Shown here piece by piece: positions 24,201 to 39,200 of a DNA stretch of 64,000 nt (positions are counted from its first letter, which is position 1; each line of letters starts with the position of its first letter). The translations under genes and the position numbers were made by a program. The DNA lies in NCBI GenBank assembly GCA_032718475.1, contig JAUCBJ010000640.1, forward strand, positions 1 through 64,000, given 5' to 3'. This DNA is from Nemertoderma westbladi (taxonomy: Eukaryota; Animalia; Xenacoelomorpha). A model generated the notes under the pieces. It searched no databases. It was not told where the DNA came from and saw only the letters and a list, made by a program, of their open reading frames with translations.

Positions 24201-27200
24201 GAGAGTTTAGGTTAATATACCCCCGAGGTGAGTAAATAAAGAGGGAGTAGTTCAGGTTAATATACCTCCGAGGTGAGTAAATAAAGAGAGAGTTTAGGTT
24301 AATATACCTCCGAGGTGAGTAAATAAAGAGGGAGTTTAGGTTAATATACCTCCGAGGTGAGTAAATAAAGAGAGAGTTCAGGTTAATATACCTCCGAGGT
24401 GAGTAAATAAAGAGAGAGTTTAGGTTAATATACCCCCGATGTGAGTAAATAAAGAGGGAGTAGTTTAGGTTAATATACCTCCGAGGTGAGTAAATAAAGA
24501 GAGAGTAGTTCAGGTTAATATACCTCCGAGGTGAGTAAATAAAGAGAGAGTTTAGGTTAATATACCCCCGATGTGAGTAAATAAAGAGGGAGTAGTTTAG
24601 GTTAATATACCCCCGATGTGAGTAAATAAAGAGGGAGTAGTTTAGGTTAATATACCTCCGAGGTGAGTAAATAAAGAGAGAGTTCAGGTTAATATACCTC
24701 CGAGGTGAGTAAATAAAGAGAGAGTTTAGGTTAATATACCCCCGATGTGAGTAAATAAAGAGGGAGTAGTTTAGGTTAATATACCTCCGAGGTGAGTAAA
24801 TAAAGAGAGAGTTCAGGTTAATATACCTCCGAGATGAGTAAATAAAGAGAGAGTTCAGGTTAATATACCTCCGAGGTGAGTAAATAAAGAGAGAGTTTAG
24901 GTTAATATACCCCCGATGTGAGTAAATAAAGAGGGAGTAGTTTAGGTTAATATACCTCCGAGGTGAGTAAATAAAGAGAGAGTAGTTCAGGTTAATATAC
25001 CTCCGCGGTGAGTAAATAAAGAGAGAGTTTAGGTTAATATACCTCCGAGGTGAGTAAATAAAGAGAGAGTTTAGGTTAATATACCTCCGAGGTGAGTAAA
25101 TAAAGAGAGAGTTTAGGTTAATATACCCCCGAGGTGAGTAAATAAAGAGAGAGTTTAGGTTAATATACCTCCGAGGTGAGTAAATAAAGAGAGAGTAGTT
25201 CAGGTTAATATACCCCCGAGGTGAGTAAATAAAGAGAGAGTTTAGGTTAATATACCTCCGAGGTGAGTAAATAAAGAGGGAGTTTAGGTTAATATACCCC
25301 CGAGGTGAGTAAATAAAGAGAGAGTTTAGGTTAATATACCTCCGAGGTGAGTAAATAAAGAGAGAGTTTAGGTTAATATACCCCCGAGGTGAGTGAATAA
25401 AGAGAGAGTTTAGGTTAATATACCCCCGAGGTGAGTAAATAAAGAGAGAGTTTAGGTTAATATACCCCCGAGGTGAGTAAATAAAGAGAGAGTTCAGGTT
25501 AATATACCTCCGAGATGAGTAAATAAAGAGAGAGTTCAGGTTAATATACCTCCGAGGTGAGTAAATAAAGAGAGAGTTTAGGTTAATATACCTCCGAGGT
25601 GAGTAAATAAAGAGAGAGTTTAGGTTAATATACCCCCGAGGTGAGTAAATAAAGAGAGAGTTCAGGTTAATATACCTCCGAGATGAGTAAATAAAGAGAG
25701 AGTTCAGGTTAATATACCTCCGAGGTGAGTAAATAAAGAGAGAGTTTAGGTTAATATACCCCCGAGGTGAGTAAATAAAGAGAGAGTTTAGGTTAATATA
25801 CCCCCGAGGTGAGTAAATAAAGAGAGAGTTCAGGTTAATATACCTCCGAGGTGAGTAAATAAAGAGAGAGTTCAGGTTAATATACCTCCGAGGTGAGTAA
25901 ATAAAGAGAGAGTTTAGGTTAATATACCTCCGAGGTGAGTAAATAAAGAGAGAGTTTAGGTTAATATACCCCCGAGGTGAGTAAATAAAGAGAGAGTTCA
26001 GGTTAATATACCTCCGAGGTGAGTAAATAAAGAGAGAGTTCAGGTTAATATACCTCCGAGGTGAGTAAATAAAGAGAGAGTTTAGGTTAATATACCTCCG
26101 AGGTGAGTAAATAAAGAGAGAGTTTAGGTTAATATACCCCCGAGGTGAGTAAATAAAGAGAGAGTTCAGGTTAATATACCTCCGAGATGAGTAAATAAAG
26201 AGAGAGTTCAGGTTAATATACCTCCGAGGTGAGTAAATAAAGAGAGAGTTTAGGTTAATATACCCCCGAGGTGAGTAAATAAAGAGAGAGTTCAGGTTAA
26301 TATACCTCCGAGATGAGTAAATAAAGAGAGAGTTCAGGTTAATATACCTCCGAGGTGAGTAAATAAAGAGAGAGTTTAGGTTAATATACCCCCGAGGTGA
26401 GTAAATAAAGAGAGAGTTTAGGTTAATATACCCCCGAGGTGAGTAAATAAAGAGAGAGTTCAGGTTAATATACCTCCGAGATGAGTAAATAAAGAGAGAG
26501 TTCAGGTTAATATACCTCCGAGGTGAGTAAATAAAGAGAGAGTTTAGGTTAATATACCTCCGAGGTGAGTAAATAAAGAGAGAGTTTAGGTTAATATACC
26601 CCCGAGGTGAGTAAATAAAGAGAGAGTTCAGGTTAATATACCTCCGAGATGAGTAAATAAAGAGAGAGTTCAGGTTAATATACCTCCGAGGTGAGTAAAT
26701 AAAGAGAGAGTTTAGGTTAATATACCTCCGAGGTGAGTAAATAAAGAGAGAGTTTAGGTTAATATACCTCCGAGGTGAGTAAATAAAGAGGGAGTAGTTC
26801 AGGTTAATATACCTTCCGAGGTGAGTAAATAAAGAGAGAGTTCAGGTTAATATACCCCCGAGGTGAGTAAATAAAGAGAGAGTTCAGGTTAATATACCTC
26901 CGAGGTGAGTAAATAAAGAGAGAGTTTAGGTTAATATACCTCCGAGGTGAGTAAATAAAGAGAGAGTTCAGGTTAATATACCTCCGAGGTGAGTAAATAA
27001 AGAGAGAGTTTAGGTTAATATACCTCCGAGGTGAGTAAATAAAGAGAGAGTTCAGGTTAATATACCTCCGAGGTGAGTAAATAAAGAGAGAGTTCAGGTT
27101 AATATACCTCCGAGGTGAGTAAATAAAGAGAGAGTTTAGGTTAATATACCTCCGAGGTGAGTAAATAAAGAGGGAGTTTAGGTTAATATACCCCCGAGGT

Positions 27201-30200
27201 GAGTAAATAAAGAGGGAGTAGTTCAGGTTAATATACCTCCGAGGTGAGTAAATAAAGAGAGAGTTTAGGTTAATATACCTCCGAGGTGAGTAAATAAAGA
27301 GAGAGTTCAGGTTAATATACCTCCGAGGTGAGTAAATAAAGAGGGAGTAGTTCAGGTTAATATACCTCCGAGGTGAGTAAATAAAGAGAGAGTTTAGGTT
27401 AATATACCCCCGAGGTGAGTAAATAAAGAGAGAGTTTAGGTTAATATACCTCCGAGGTGAGTAAATAAAGAGAGAGTTTAGGTTAATATACCCCCGAGGT
27501 GAGTAAATAAAGAGGGAGTAGTTCAGGTTAATATACCTCCGAGGTGAGTAAATAAAGAGAGAGTTTAGGTTAATATACCTCCGAGGTGAGTAAATAAAGA
27601 GAGAGTTCAGGTTAATATACCTCCGAGGTGAGTAAATAAAGAGGGAGTAGTTCAGGTTAATATACCTCCGAGGTGAGTAAATAAAGAGAGAGTTTAGGTT
27701 AATATACCCCCGAGGTGAGTAAATAAAGAGAGAGTTTAGGTTAATATACCCCCGAGGTGAGTAAATAAAGAGGGAGTAGTTCAGGTTAATATACCTCCGA
27801 GGTGAGTAAATAAAGAGGGAGTAGTTCAGGTTAATATACCTCCGAGGTGAGTAAATAAAGAGAGAGTTTAGGTTAATATACCCCCGATGTGAGTAAATAA
27901 AGAGAGAGTTTAGGTTAATATACCTCCGAGGTGAGTAAATAAAGAGAGAGTTCAGGTTAATATACCTCCGAGGTGAGTAAATAAAGAGGGAGTAGTTCAG
28001 GTTAATATACCTCCGAGGTGAGTAAATAAAGAGAGAGTTTAGGTTAATATACCTCCGAGGTGAGTAAATAAAGAGAGAGTTCAGGTTAATATACCTCCGA
28101 GGTGAGTAAATAAAGAGGGAGTAGTTCAGGTTAATATACCTCCGAGGTGAGTAAATAAAGAGAGAGTTTAGGTTAATATACCCCCGAGGTGAGTAAATAA
28201 AGAGAGAGTTTAGGTTAATATACCCCCGAGGTGAGTAAATAAAGAGAGAGTTTAGGTTAATATACCTCCGAGGTGAGTAAATAAAGAGGGAGTTTAGGTT
28301 AATATACCTCCGAGGTGAGTAAATAAAGAGAGAGTTTAGGTTAATATACCCCCGAGGTGAGTAAATAAAGAGAGAGTTTAGGTTAATATACCTCCGAGGT
28401 GAGTAAATAAAGAGAGAGTTTAGGTTAATATACCTCCGAGGTGAGTAAATAAAGAGGGAGTAGTTCAGGTTAATATACCCCCGAGGTGAGTAAATAAAGA
28501 GGGAGTAGTTCAGGTTAATATACCTCCGAGGTGAGTAAATAAAGAGAGAGTTCAGGTTAATATACCTCCGAGGTGAGTAAATAAAGAGAGAGTTTAGGTT
28601 AATATACCCCCGAGGTGAGTAAATAAAGAGAGAGTTTAGGTTAATATACCTCCGAGGTGAGTAAATAAAGAGAGAGTTTAGGTTAATATACCTCCGAGGT
28701 GAGTAAATAAAGAGGGAGTAGTTCAGGTTAATATACCCCCGAGGTGAGTAAATAAAGAGGGAGTAGTTCAGGTTAATATACCCCCGAGGTGAGTAAATAA
28801 AGAGGGAGTAGTTCAGGTTAATATACCTCCGAGGTGAGTAAATAAAGAGATAGTTCAGGTTAATATACCTCCGAGGTGAGTAAATAAAGAGAGAGTTCAG
28901 GTTAATATACCCCCGAGGTGAGTAAATAAAGAGAGAGTTTAGGTTAATATACCCCCGAGGTGAGTAAATAAAGAGAGAGTTTAGGTTAATATACCTCCGA
29001 GGTGAGTAAATAAAGAGAGAGTTTAGGTTAATATACCTCCGAGGTGAGTAAATAAAGAGGGAGTAGTTCAGGTTAATATACCTCCGAGGTGAGTAAATAA
29101 AGAGAGAGTTTAGGTTAATATACCCCCGAGGTGAGTAAATAAAGAGGGAGTAGTTCAGGTTAATATACCCCCGAGGTGAGTAAATAAAGAGGGAGTAGTT
29201 CAGGTTAATATACCTCCGAGGTGAGTAAATAAAGAGAGAGTTCAGGTTAATATACCTCCGAGGTGAGTAAATAAAGAGAGAGTTCAGGTTAATATACCCC
29301 CGAGGTGAGTAAATAAAGAGAGAGTTCAGGTTAATATACCCCCGAGGTGAGTAAATAAAGAGGGAGTAGTTCAGGTTAATATACCTCCGAGGTGAGTAAA
29401 TAAAGAGAGAGTTCAGGTTAATATACCCCCGAGGTGAGTAAATAAAGAGAGAGTTCAGGTTAATATACCTCCGAGGTGAGTAAATAAAGAGAGAGTTTAG
29501 GTTAATATACCCCCGATGTGAGTAAATAAAGAGAGAGTTTAGGTTAATATACCTCCGAGGTGAGTAAATAAAGAGGGAGTTTAGGTTAATATACCTCCGA
29601 GGTGAGTAAATAAAGAGAGAGTTTAGGTTAATATACCCCCGAGGTGAGTAAATAAAGAGAGAGTTTAGGTTAATATACCTCCGAGGTGAGTAAATAAAGA
29701 GAGAGTTTAGGTTAATATACCTCCGAGGTGAGTAAATAAAGAGAGAGTTTAGGTTAATATACCTCCGAGGTGAGTAAATAAAGAGAGAGTTTAGGTTAAT
29801 ATACCTCCGAGGTGAGTAAATAAAGAGAGAGTTTAGGTTAATATACCTCCGAGGTGAGTAAATAAAGAGAGAGTTTAGGTTAATATACCTCCGAGGTGAG
29901 TAAATAAAGAGAGAGTTTAGGTTAATATACCTCCGAGGTGAGTAAATAAAGAGAGAGTTTAGGTTAATATACCTCCGAGGTGAGTAAATAAAGAGAGAGT
30001 TTAGGTTAATATACCTCCGAGGTGAGTAAATAAAGAGAGAGTTTAGGTTAATATACCCCCGAGGTGAGTAAATAAAGAGGGAGTTTAGGTTAATATACCT
30101 CCGAGGTGAGTAAATAAAGAGAGAGTTTAGGTTAATATACCTCCGAGGTGAGTAAATAAAGAGAGGAGTTTAGGTTAATATACCTCCGAGGTGAGTAAAT

Positions 30201-33200
30201 AAAGAGAGAGTTTAGGTTAATATACCCCCGAGGTGAGTAAATAAAGAGAGAGTTTAGGTTAATATACCTCCGAGGTGAGTAAATAAAGAGAGAGTTTAGG
30301 TTAATATACCTCCGAGGTGAGTAAATAAAGAGAGAGTTTAGGTTAATATACCTCCGAGGTGAGTAAATAAAGAGAGAGTTTAGGTTAATATACCTCCGAG
30401 GTGAGTAAATAAAGAGAGAGTTTAGGTTAATATACCTCCGAGGTGAGTAAATAAAGAGAGAGTTTAGGTTAATATACCTCCGAGGTGAGTAAATAAAGAG
30501 AGAGTTTAGGTTAATATACCTCCGAGGTGAGTAAATAAAGAGGGAGTAGTTCAGGTTAATATACCTCCGAGGTGAGTAAATAAAGAGAGAGTTTAGGTTA
30601 ATATACCTCCGAGGTGAGTAAATAAAGAGAGTTTAGGTTAATATACCCCCGAGGTGAGTAAATAAAGAGAGAGTTTAGGTTAATATACCTCCGAGGTGAG
30701 TAAATAAAGAGGGAGTTTAGGTTAATATACCCCCGAGGTGAGTAAATAAAGAGGGAGTAGTTCAGGTTAATATACCTCCGAGGTGAGTAAATAAAGAGAG
30801 AGTTTAGGTTAATATACCTCCGAGGTGAGTAAATAAAGAGGGAGTTTAGGTTAATATACCTCCGAGGTGAGTAAATAAAGAGAGAGTTTAGGTTAATATA
30901 CCCCCGAGGTGAGTAAATAAAGAGAGAGTTTAGGTTAATATACCTCCGAGGTGAGTAAATAAAGAGGGAGTAGTTCAGGTTAATATACCTCCGAGGTGAG
31001 TAAATAAAGAGAGAGTTCAGGTTAATATACCTCCGAGGTGAGTAAATAAAGAGAGAGTTTAGGTTAATATACCTCCGAGGTGAGTAAATAAAGAGAGAGT
31101 TTAGGTTAATATACCTCCGAGGTGAGTAAATAAAGAGGGAGTTCAGGTTAATATACCCCCGAGGTGAGTAAATAAAGAGAGAGTTTAGGTTAATATACCT
31201 CCGAGGTGAGTAAATAAAGAGGGAGTAGTTCAGGTTAATATACCTCCGAGGTGAGTAAATAAAGAGAGAGTTTAGGTTAATATACCTCCGAGGTGAGTAA
31301 ATAAAGAGGGAGTAGTTCAGGTTAATATACCTCCGAGGTGAGTAAATAAAGAGGGAGTTTAGGTTAATATACCTCCGAGGTGAGTAAATAAAGAGGGAGT
31401 TTAGGTTAATATACCTCCGAGGTGAGTAAATAAAGAGAGAGTTTAGGTTAATATACCTCCGAGGTGAGTAAATAAAGAGAGAGTTTAGGTTAATATACCT
31501 CCGAGGTGAGTAAATAAAGAGGGAGTTCAGGTTAATATACCCCCGAGGTGAGTAAATAAAGAGAGAGTTTAGGTTAATATACCTCCGAGGTGAGTAAATA
31601 AAGAGAGAGTTTAGGTTAATATACCTCCGAGGTGAGTAAATAAAGAGGGAGTTCAGGTTAATATACCCCCGAGGTGAGTAAATAAAGAGAGAGTTCAGGT
31701 TAATATACCTCCGAGGTGAGTAAATAAAGAGAGAGTTTAGGTTAATATACCTCCGAGGTGAGTAAATAAAGATGGAGTAGTTCAGGTTAATATACCTCCG
31801 AGGTGAGTAAATAAAGAGGGAGTTTAGGTTAATATACCTCCGAGGTGAGTAAATAAAGAGAGAGTTTAGGTTAATATACCTCCGAGGTGAGTAAATAAAG
31901 AGGGAGTTTAGGTTAATATACCTCCGAGGTGAGTAAATAAAGATGGAGTAGTTCAGGTTAATATACCTCCGAGGTGAGTAAATAAAGAGGGAGTTTAGGT
32001 TAATATACCTCCGAGGTGAGTAAATAAAGAGAGAGTTTAGGTTAATATACCCCCGAGGTGAGTAAATAAAGAGAGAGTTCAGGTTAATATACCCCCGAGG
32101 TGAGTAAATAAAGACAGAGTAGTTTAGGTTAATATACCCCCGAGGTGAGTAAATAAAGAGGGAGTAGTTCAGGTTAATATACCCCCGAGGTGAGTAAATA
32201 AAGAGAGAGTTTAGGTTAATATACCTCCGAGGTGAGTAAATAAAGAGAGAGTTTAGGTTAATATACCCCCGAGGTGAGTAAATAAAGAGAGAGTTCAGGT
32301 TAATATACCTCCGAGGTGAGTAAATAAAGAGGGAGTTTAGGTTAATATACCTCCGAGGTGAGTAAATAAAGAGAGAGTTTAGGTTAATATACCTCCGAGG
32401 TGAGTAAATAAAGAGGGAGTTTAGGTTAATATACCTCCGAGGTGAGTAAATAAAGAGGGAGTTTAGGTTAATATACCTCCGAGGTGAGTAAATAAAGAGA
32501 GAGTTTAGGTTAATATACCTCCGAGGTGAGTAAATAAAGAGGGAGTTTAGGTTAATATACCTCCGAGGTGAGTAAATAAAGATGGAGTAGTTCAGGTTAA
32601 TATACCTCCGAGGTGAGTAAATAAAGAGGGAGTTTAGGTTAATATACCTCCGAGGTGAGTAAATAAAGAGAGAGTTTAGGTTAATATACCCCCGAGGTGA
32701 GTAAATAAAGAGAGAGTTCAGGTTAATATACCCCCGAGGTGAGTAAATAAAGACAGAGTAGTTTAGGTTAATATACCCCCGAGGTGAGTAAATAAAGAGG
32801 GAGTAGTTCAGGTTAATATACCCCCGAGGTGAGTAAATAAAGAGAGAGTTTAGGTTAATATACCTCCGAGGTGAGTAAATAAAGAGAGAGTTTAGGTTAA
32901 TATACCCCCGAGGTGAGTAAATAAAGAGAGAGTTCAGGTTAATATACCTCCGAGGTGAGTAAATAAAGAGAGAGTTTAGGTTAATATACCTCCGAGGTGA
33001 GTAAATAAAGAGAGAGTTTAGGTTAATATACCCCCGAGGTGAGTAAATAAAGAGAGAGTTCAGGTTAATATACCCCGAGGTGAGTAAATAAAGAGAGAGT
33101 TCAGGTTAATATACCTCCGAGGTGAGTAAATAAAGAGAGAGTTTAGGTTAATATACCCCCGAGGTGAGTAAATAAAGAGGGAGTAGTTCAGGTTAATATA

Positions 33201-36200
33201 CCCCCGAGGTGAGTAAATAAAGAGAGAGTTTAGGTTAATATACCTCCGAGGTGAGTAAATAAAGAGAGAGTTTAGGTTAATATACCCCCGAGGTGAGTAA
33301 ATAAAGAGAGAGTTCAGGTTAATATACCTCCGAGGTGAGTAAATAAAGAGGGAGTAGTTCAGGTTAATATACCCCCGAGGTGAGTAAATAAAGAGAGAGT
33401 TTAGGTTAATATACCCCCGAGGTGAGTAAATAAAGAGAGAGTTCAGGTTAATATACCCCCGAGGTGAGTAAATAAAGAGGGAGTTTAGGTTAATATACCC
33501 CCGAGGTGAGTAAATAAAGAGAGAGTTTAGGTTAATATACCCCCGAGGTGAGTAAATAAAGAGAGAGTTCAGGTTAATATACCTCCGAGGTGAGTAAATA
33601 AAGAGAGAGTTCAGGTTAATATACCCCCGAGGTGAGTAAATAAAGAGGGAGTAGTTCAGGTTAATATACCCCCGAGGTGAGTAAATAAAGAGAGAGTTTA
33701 GGTTAATATACCTCCGAGGTGAGTAAATAAAGAGAGAGTTTAGGTTAATATACCTCCGAGGTGAGTAAATAAAGAGGGAGTAGTTCAGGTTAATATACCT
33801 CCGAGGTGAGTAAATAAAGAGAGAGTTCAGGTTAATATACCTCCGAGGTGAGTAAATAAAGAGGGAGTTTAGGTTAATATACCCCCGAGGTGAGTAAATA
33901 AAGAGAGAGTTTAGGTTAATATACCTCCGAGGTGAGTAAATAAAGAGAGAGTAGTTCAGGTTAATATACCTCCGAGGTGAGTAAATAAAGAGAGAGTAGT
34001 TCAGGTTAATATACCCCCGAGGTGAGTAAATAAAGAGGGAGTTTAGGTTAATATACCCCCGAGGTGAGTAAATAAAGAGGGAGTAGTTCAGGTTAATATA
34101 CCTCCGAGGTGAGTAAATAAAGAGAGAGTTCAGGTTAATATACCCCCGAGGTGAGTAAATAAAGAGGGAGTAGTTCAGGTTAATATACCCCCGAGGTGAG
34201 TAAATAAAGAGAGAGTTTAGGTTAATATACCTCCGAGGTGAGTAAATAAAGAGAGAGTTTAGGTTAATATACCCCCGAGGTGAGTAAATAAAGAGAGAGT
34301 TCAGGTTAATATACCTCCGAGGTGAGTAAATAAAGAGGGAGTAGTTCAGGTTAATATACCCCCGAGGTGAGTAAATAAAGAGAGAGTTTAGGTTAATATA
34401 CCCCCGAGGTGAGTAAATAAAGAGAGAGTTCAGGTTAATATACCCCCGAGGTGAGTAAATAAAGAGGGAGTTTAGGTTAATATACCCCCGAGGTGAGTAA
34501 ATAAAGAGAGAGTTCAGGTTAATATACCTCCGAGGTGAGTAAATAAAGAGGGAGTTTAGGTTAATATACCCCCGAGGTGAGTAAATAAAGAGAGAGTTTA
34601 GGTTAATATACCTCCGAGGTGAGTAAATAAAGAGAGAGTAGTTCAGGTTAATATACCTCCGAGGTGAGTAAATAAAGAGAGAGTAGTTCAGGTTAATATA
34701 CCCCCGAGGTGAGTAAATAAAGAGGGAGTTTAGGTTAATATACCCCCGAGGTGAGTAAATAAAGAGGGAGTAGTTCAGGTTAATATACCTCCGAGGTGAG
34801 TAAATAAAGAGAGAGTTCAGGTTAATATACCCCCGAGGTGAGTAAATAAAGAGGGAGTAGTTCAGGTTAATATACCCCCGAGGTGAGTAAATAAAGAGAG
34901 AGTTTAGGTTAATATACCTCCGAGGTGAGTAAATAAAGAGAGAGTTTAGGTTAATATACCCCCGAGGTGAGTAAATAAAGAGAGAGTTCAGGTTAATATA
35001 CCTCCGAGGTGAGTAAATAAAGAGGGAGTAGTTCAGGTTAATATACCCCCGAGGTGAGTAAATAAAGAGAGAGTTTAGGTTAATATACCCCCGAGGTGAG
35101 TAAATAAAGAGAGAGTTCAGGTTAATATACCCCCGAGGTGAGTAAATAAAGAGGGAGTTTAGGTTAATATACCCCCGAGGTGAGTAAATAAAGAGAGAGT
35201 TTAGGTTAATATACCCCCGAGGTGAGTAAATAAAGAGAGAGTTCAGGTTAATATACCTCCGAGGTGAGTAAATAAAGAGAGAGTTTAGGTTAATATACCT
35301 CCGAGGTGAGTAAATAAAGAGAGAGTTTAGGTTAATATACCTCCGAGGTGAGTAAATAAAGAGGGAGTAGTTCAGGTTAATATACCCCCGAGGTGAGTAA
35401 ATAAAGAGAGAGTTTAGGTTAATATACCTCCGAGGTGAGTAAATAAAGAGGGAGTTTAGGTTAATATACCCCCGAGGTGAGTAAATAAAGAGAGAGTTTA
35501 GGTTAATATACCTCCGAGGTGAGTAAATAAAGAGGGAGTTTAGGTTAATATACCTCCGAGGTGAGTAAATAAAGAGGGAGTTTAGGTTAATATACCCCCG
35601 AGGTGAGTAAATAAAGAGAGAGTTTAGGTTAATATACCTCCGAGGTGAGTAAATAAAGAGGGAGTAGTTCAGGTTAATATACCCCCGAGGTGAGTAAATA
35701 AAGAGAGAGTTTAGGTTAATATACCTCCGAGGTGAGTAAATAAAGAGGGAGTTTAGGTTAATATACCTCCGAGGTGAGTAAATAAAGAGAGAGTTTAGGT
35801 TAATATACCTCCGAGGTGAGTAAATAAAGAGAGAGTTTAGGTTAATATACCTCCGAGGTGAGTAAATAAAGAGAGAGTTTAGGTTAATATACCCCCGAGG
35901 TGAGTAAATAAAGAGGGAGTAGTTCAGGTTAATATACCTCCGAGGTGAGTAAATAAAGAGGGAGTTTAGGTTAATATACCTCCGAGGTGAGTAAATAAAG
36001 AGAGAGTTTAGGTTAATATACCTCCGAGGTGAGTAAATAAAGAGAGAGTTTAGGTTAATATACCTCCGAGGTGAGTAAATAAAGAGAGAGTTTAGGTTAA
36101 TATACCCCCGAGGTGAGTAAATAAAGAGGGAGTAGTTCAGGTTAATATACCCCCGAGGTGAGTAAATAAAGAGGGAGTTCAGGTTAATATACCTCCGAGG

Positions 36201-39200
36201 TGAGTAAATAAAGAGGGAGTAGTTCAGGTTAATATACCCCCGAGGTGAGTAAATAAAGAGAGAGTTTAGGTTAATATACCTCCGAGGTGAGTAAATAAAG
36301 AGGGAGTAGTTCAGGTTAATATACCTCCGAGGTGAGTAAATAAAGAGAGAGTTTAGGTTAATATACCCCCGAGGTGAGTAAATAAAGAGAGAGTTTAGGT
36401 TAATATACCCCCGAGGTGAGTAAATAAAGAGAGAGTAGTTCAGGTTAATATACCTCCGAGGTGAGTAAATAAAGAGAGAGTTTAGGTTAATATACCTCCG
36501 AGGTGAGTAAATAAAGAGAGAGTTTAGGTTAATATACCCCCGAGGTGAGTAAATAAAGAGAGAGTAGTTCAGGTTAATATACCTCCGAGGTGAGTAAATA
36601 AAGAGGGAGTAGTTCAGGTTAATATACCTCCGAGGTGAGTAAATAAAGAGAGAGTTTAGGTTAATATACCCCCGAGGTGAGTAAATAAAGAGGGAGTAGT
36701 TCAGGTTAATATACCTCCGAGGTGAGTAAATAAAGAGGGAGTTTAGGTTAATATACCTCCGAGGTGAGTAAATAAAGAGGGAGTTTAGGTTAATATACCT
36801 CCGAGGTGAGTAAATAAAGAGGGAGTAGTTCAGGTTAATATACCTCCGAGGTGAGTAAATAAAGAGGGAGTAGTTCAGGTTAATATACCTCCGAGGTGAG
36901 TAAATAAAGAGGGAGTAGTTCAGGTTAATATACCTCCGAGGTGAGTAAATAAAGAGGGAGTAGTTCAGGTTAATATACCTCCGAGGTGAGTAAATAAAGA
37001 GGGAGTAGTTCAGGTTAATATACCTCCGAGGTGAGTAAATAAAGAGGGAGTAGTTCAGGTTAATATACCTCCGAGGTGAGTAAATAAAGAGAGAGTTTAG
37101 GTTAATATACCCCCGAGGTGAGTAAATAAAGAGGGAGTAGTTCAGGTTAATATACCTCCGAGGTGAGTAAATAAAGAGGGAGTTTAGGTTAATATACCTC
37201 CGAGGTGAGTAAATAAAGAGGGAGTTTAGGTTAATATACCTCCGAGGTGAGTAAATAAAGAGGGAGTAGTTCAGGTTAATATACCTCCGAGGTGAGTAAA
37301 TAAAGAGAGAGTTTAGGTTAATATACCTCCGAGGTGAGTAAATAAAGAGAGAGTTTAGGTTAATATACCTCCGAGGTGAGTAAATAAAGAGAGAGTTCAG
37401 GTTAATATACCTCCGAGGTGAGTAAATAAAGAGAGAGTTTAGGTTAATATACCCCCGAGGTGAGTAAATAAAGAGAGAGTTTAGGTTAATATACCTCCGA
37501 GGTGAGTAAATAAAGAGGGAGTAGTTCAGGTTAATATACCTCCGAGGTGAGTAAATAAAGAGGGAGTAGTTCAGGTTAATATACCTCCGAGGTGAGTAAA
37601 TAAAGAGGGAGTAGTTCAGGTTAATATACCTCCGAGGTGAGTAAATAAAGAGAGAGTTTAGGTTAATATACCCCCGAGGTGAGTAAATAAAGAGGGAGTA
37701 GTTCAGGTTAATATACCTCCGAGGTGAGTAAATAAAGAGGGAGTTTAGGTTAATATACCTCCGAGGTGAGTAAATAAAGAGGGAGTTTAGGTTAATATAC
37801 CTCCGAGGTGAGTAAATAAAGAGGGAGTAGTTCAGGTTAATATACCTCCGAGGTGAGTAAATAAAGAGAGAGTTTAGGTTAATATACCTCCGAGGTGAGT
37901 AAATAAAGAGAGAGTTTAGGTTAATATACCTCCGAGGTGAGTAAATAAAGAGAGAGTTCAGGTTAATATACCTCCGAGGTGAGTAAATAAAGAGAGAGTT
38001 TAGGTTAATATACCCCCGAGGTGAGTAAATAAAGAGGGAGTAGTTCAGGTTAATATACCCCCGAGGTGAGTAAATAAAGAGAGAGTTTAGGTTAATATAC
38101 CCCCGAGGTGAGTAAATAAAGAGGGAGTTCAGGTTAATATACCTCCGAGGTGAGTAAATAAAGAGAGAGTTTAGGTTAATATACCTCCGAGGTGAGTAAA
38201 TAAAGAGAGAGTTTAGGTTAATATACCTCCGAGGTGAGTAAATAAAGAGAGAGTTTAGGTTAATATACCTCCGAGGTGAGTAAATAAAGAGAGAGTTTAG
38301 GTTAATATACCCCCGAGGTGAGTAAATAAAGAGGGAGTAGTTCAGGTTAATATACCTCCGAGGTGAGTAAATAAAGAGGGAGTTTAGGTTAATATACCTC
38401 CGAGGTGAGTAAATAAAGAGAGAGTTTAGGTTAATATACCTCCGAGGTGAGTAAATAAAGAGAGAGTTTAGGTTAATATACCTCCGAGGTGAGTAAATAA
38501 AGAGAGAGTTTAGGTTAATATACCCCCGAGGTGAGTAAATAAAGAGGGAGTAGTTCAGGTTAATATACCCCCGAGGTGAGTAAATAAAGAGGGAGTTCAG
38601 GTTAATATACCCCCGAGGTGAGTAAATAAAGAGAGAGTTTAGGTTAATATACCTCCGAGGTGAGTAAATAAAGAGAGAGTTTAGGTTAATATACCTCCGA
38701 GGTGAGTAAATAAAGAGGGAGTTTAGGTTAATATACCCCCGAGGTGAGTAAATAAAGAGAGAGTTTAGGTTAATATACCTCCGAGGTGAGTAAATAAAGA
38801 GAGAGTTTAGGTTAATATACCTCCGAGGTGAGTAAATAAAGAGGGAGTTTAGGTTAATATACCCCCGAGGTGAGTAAATAAAGAGGGAGTTTAGGTTAAT
38901 ATACCCCCGAGGTGAGTAAATAAAGAGGGAGTTTAGGTTAATATACCCCCGAGGTGAGTAAATAAAGAGGGAGTAGTTCAGGTTAATATACCTCCGAGGT
39001 GAGTAAATAAAGAGGGAGTTTAGGTTAATATACCTCCGAGGTGAGTAAATAAAGAGAGAGTTTAGGTTAATATACCTCCGAGGTGAGTAAATAAAGAGAG
39101 AGTTTAGGTTAATATACCTCCGAGGTGAGTAAATAAAGAGAGAGTTTAGGTTAATATACCCCCGAGGTGAGTAAATAAAGAGGGAGTAGTTCAGGTTAAT

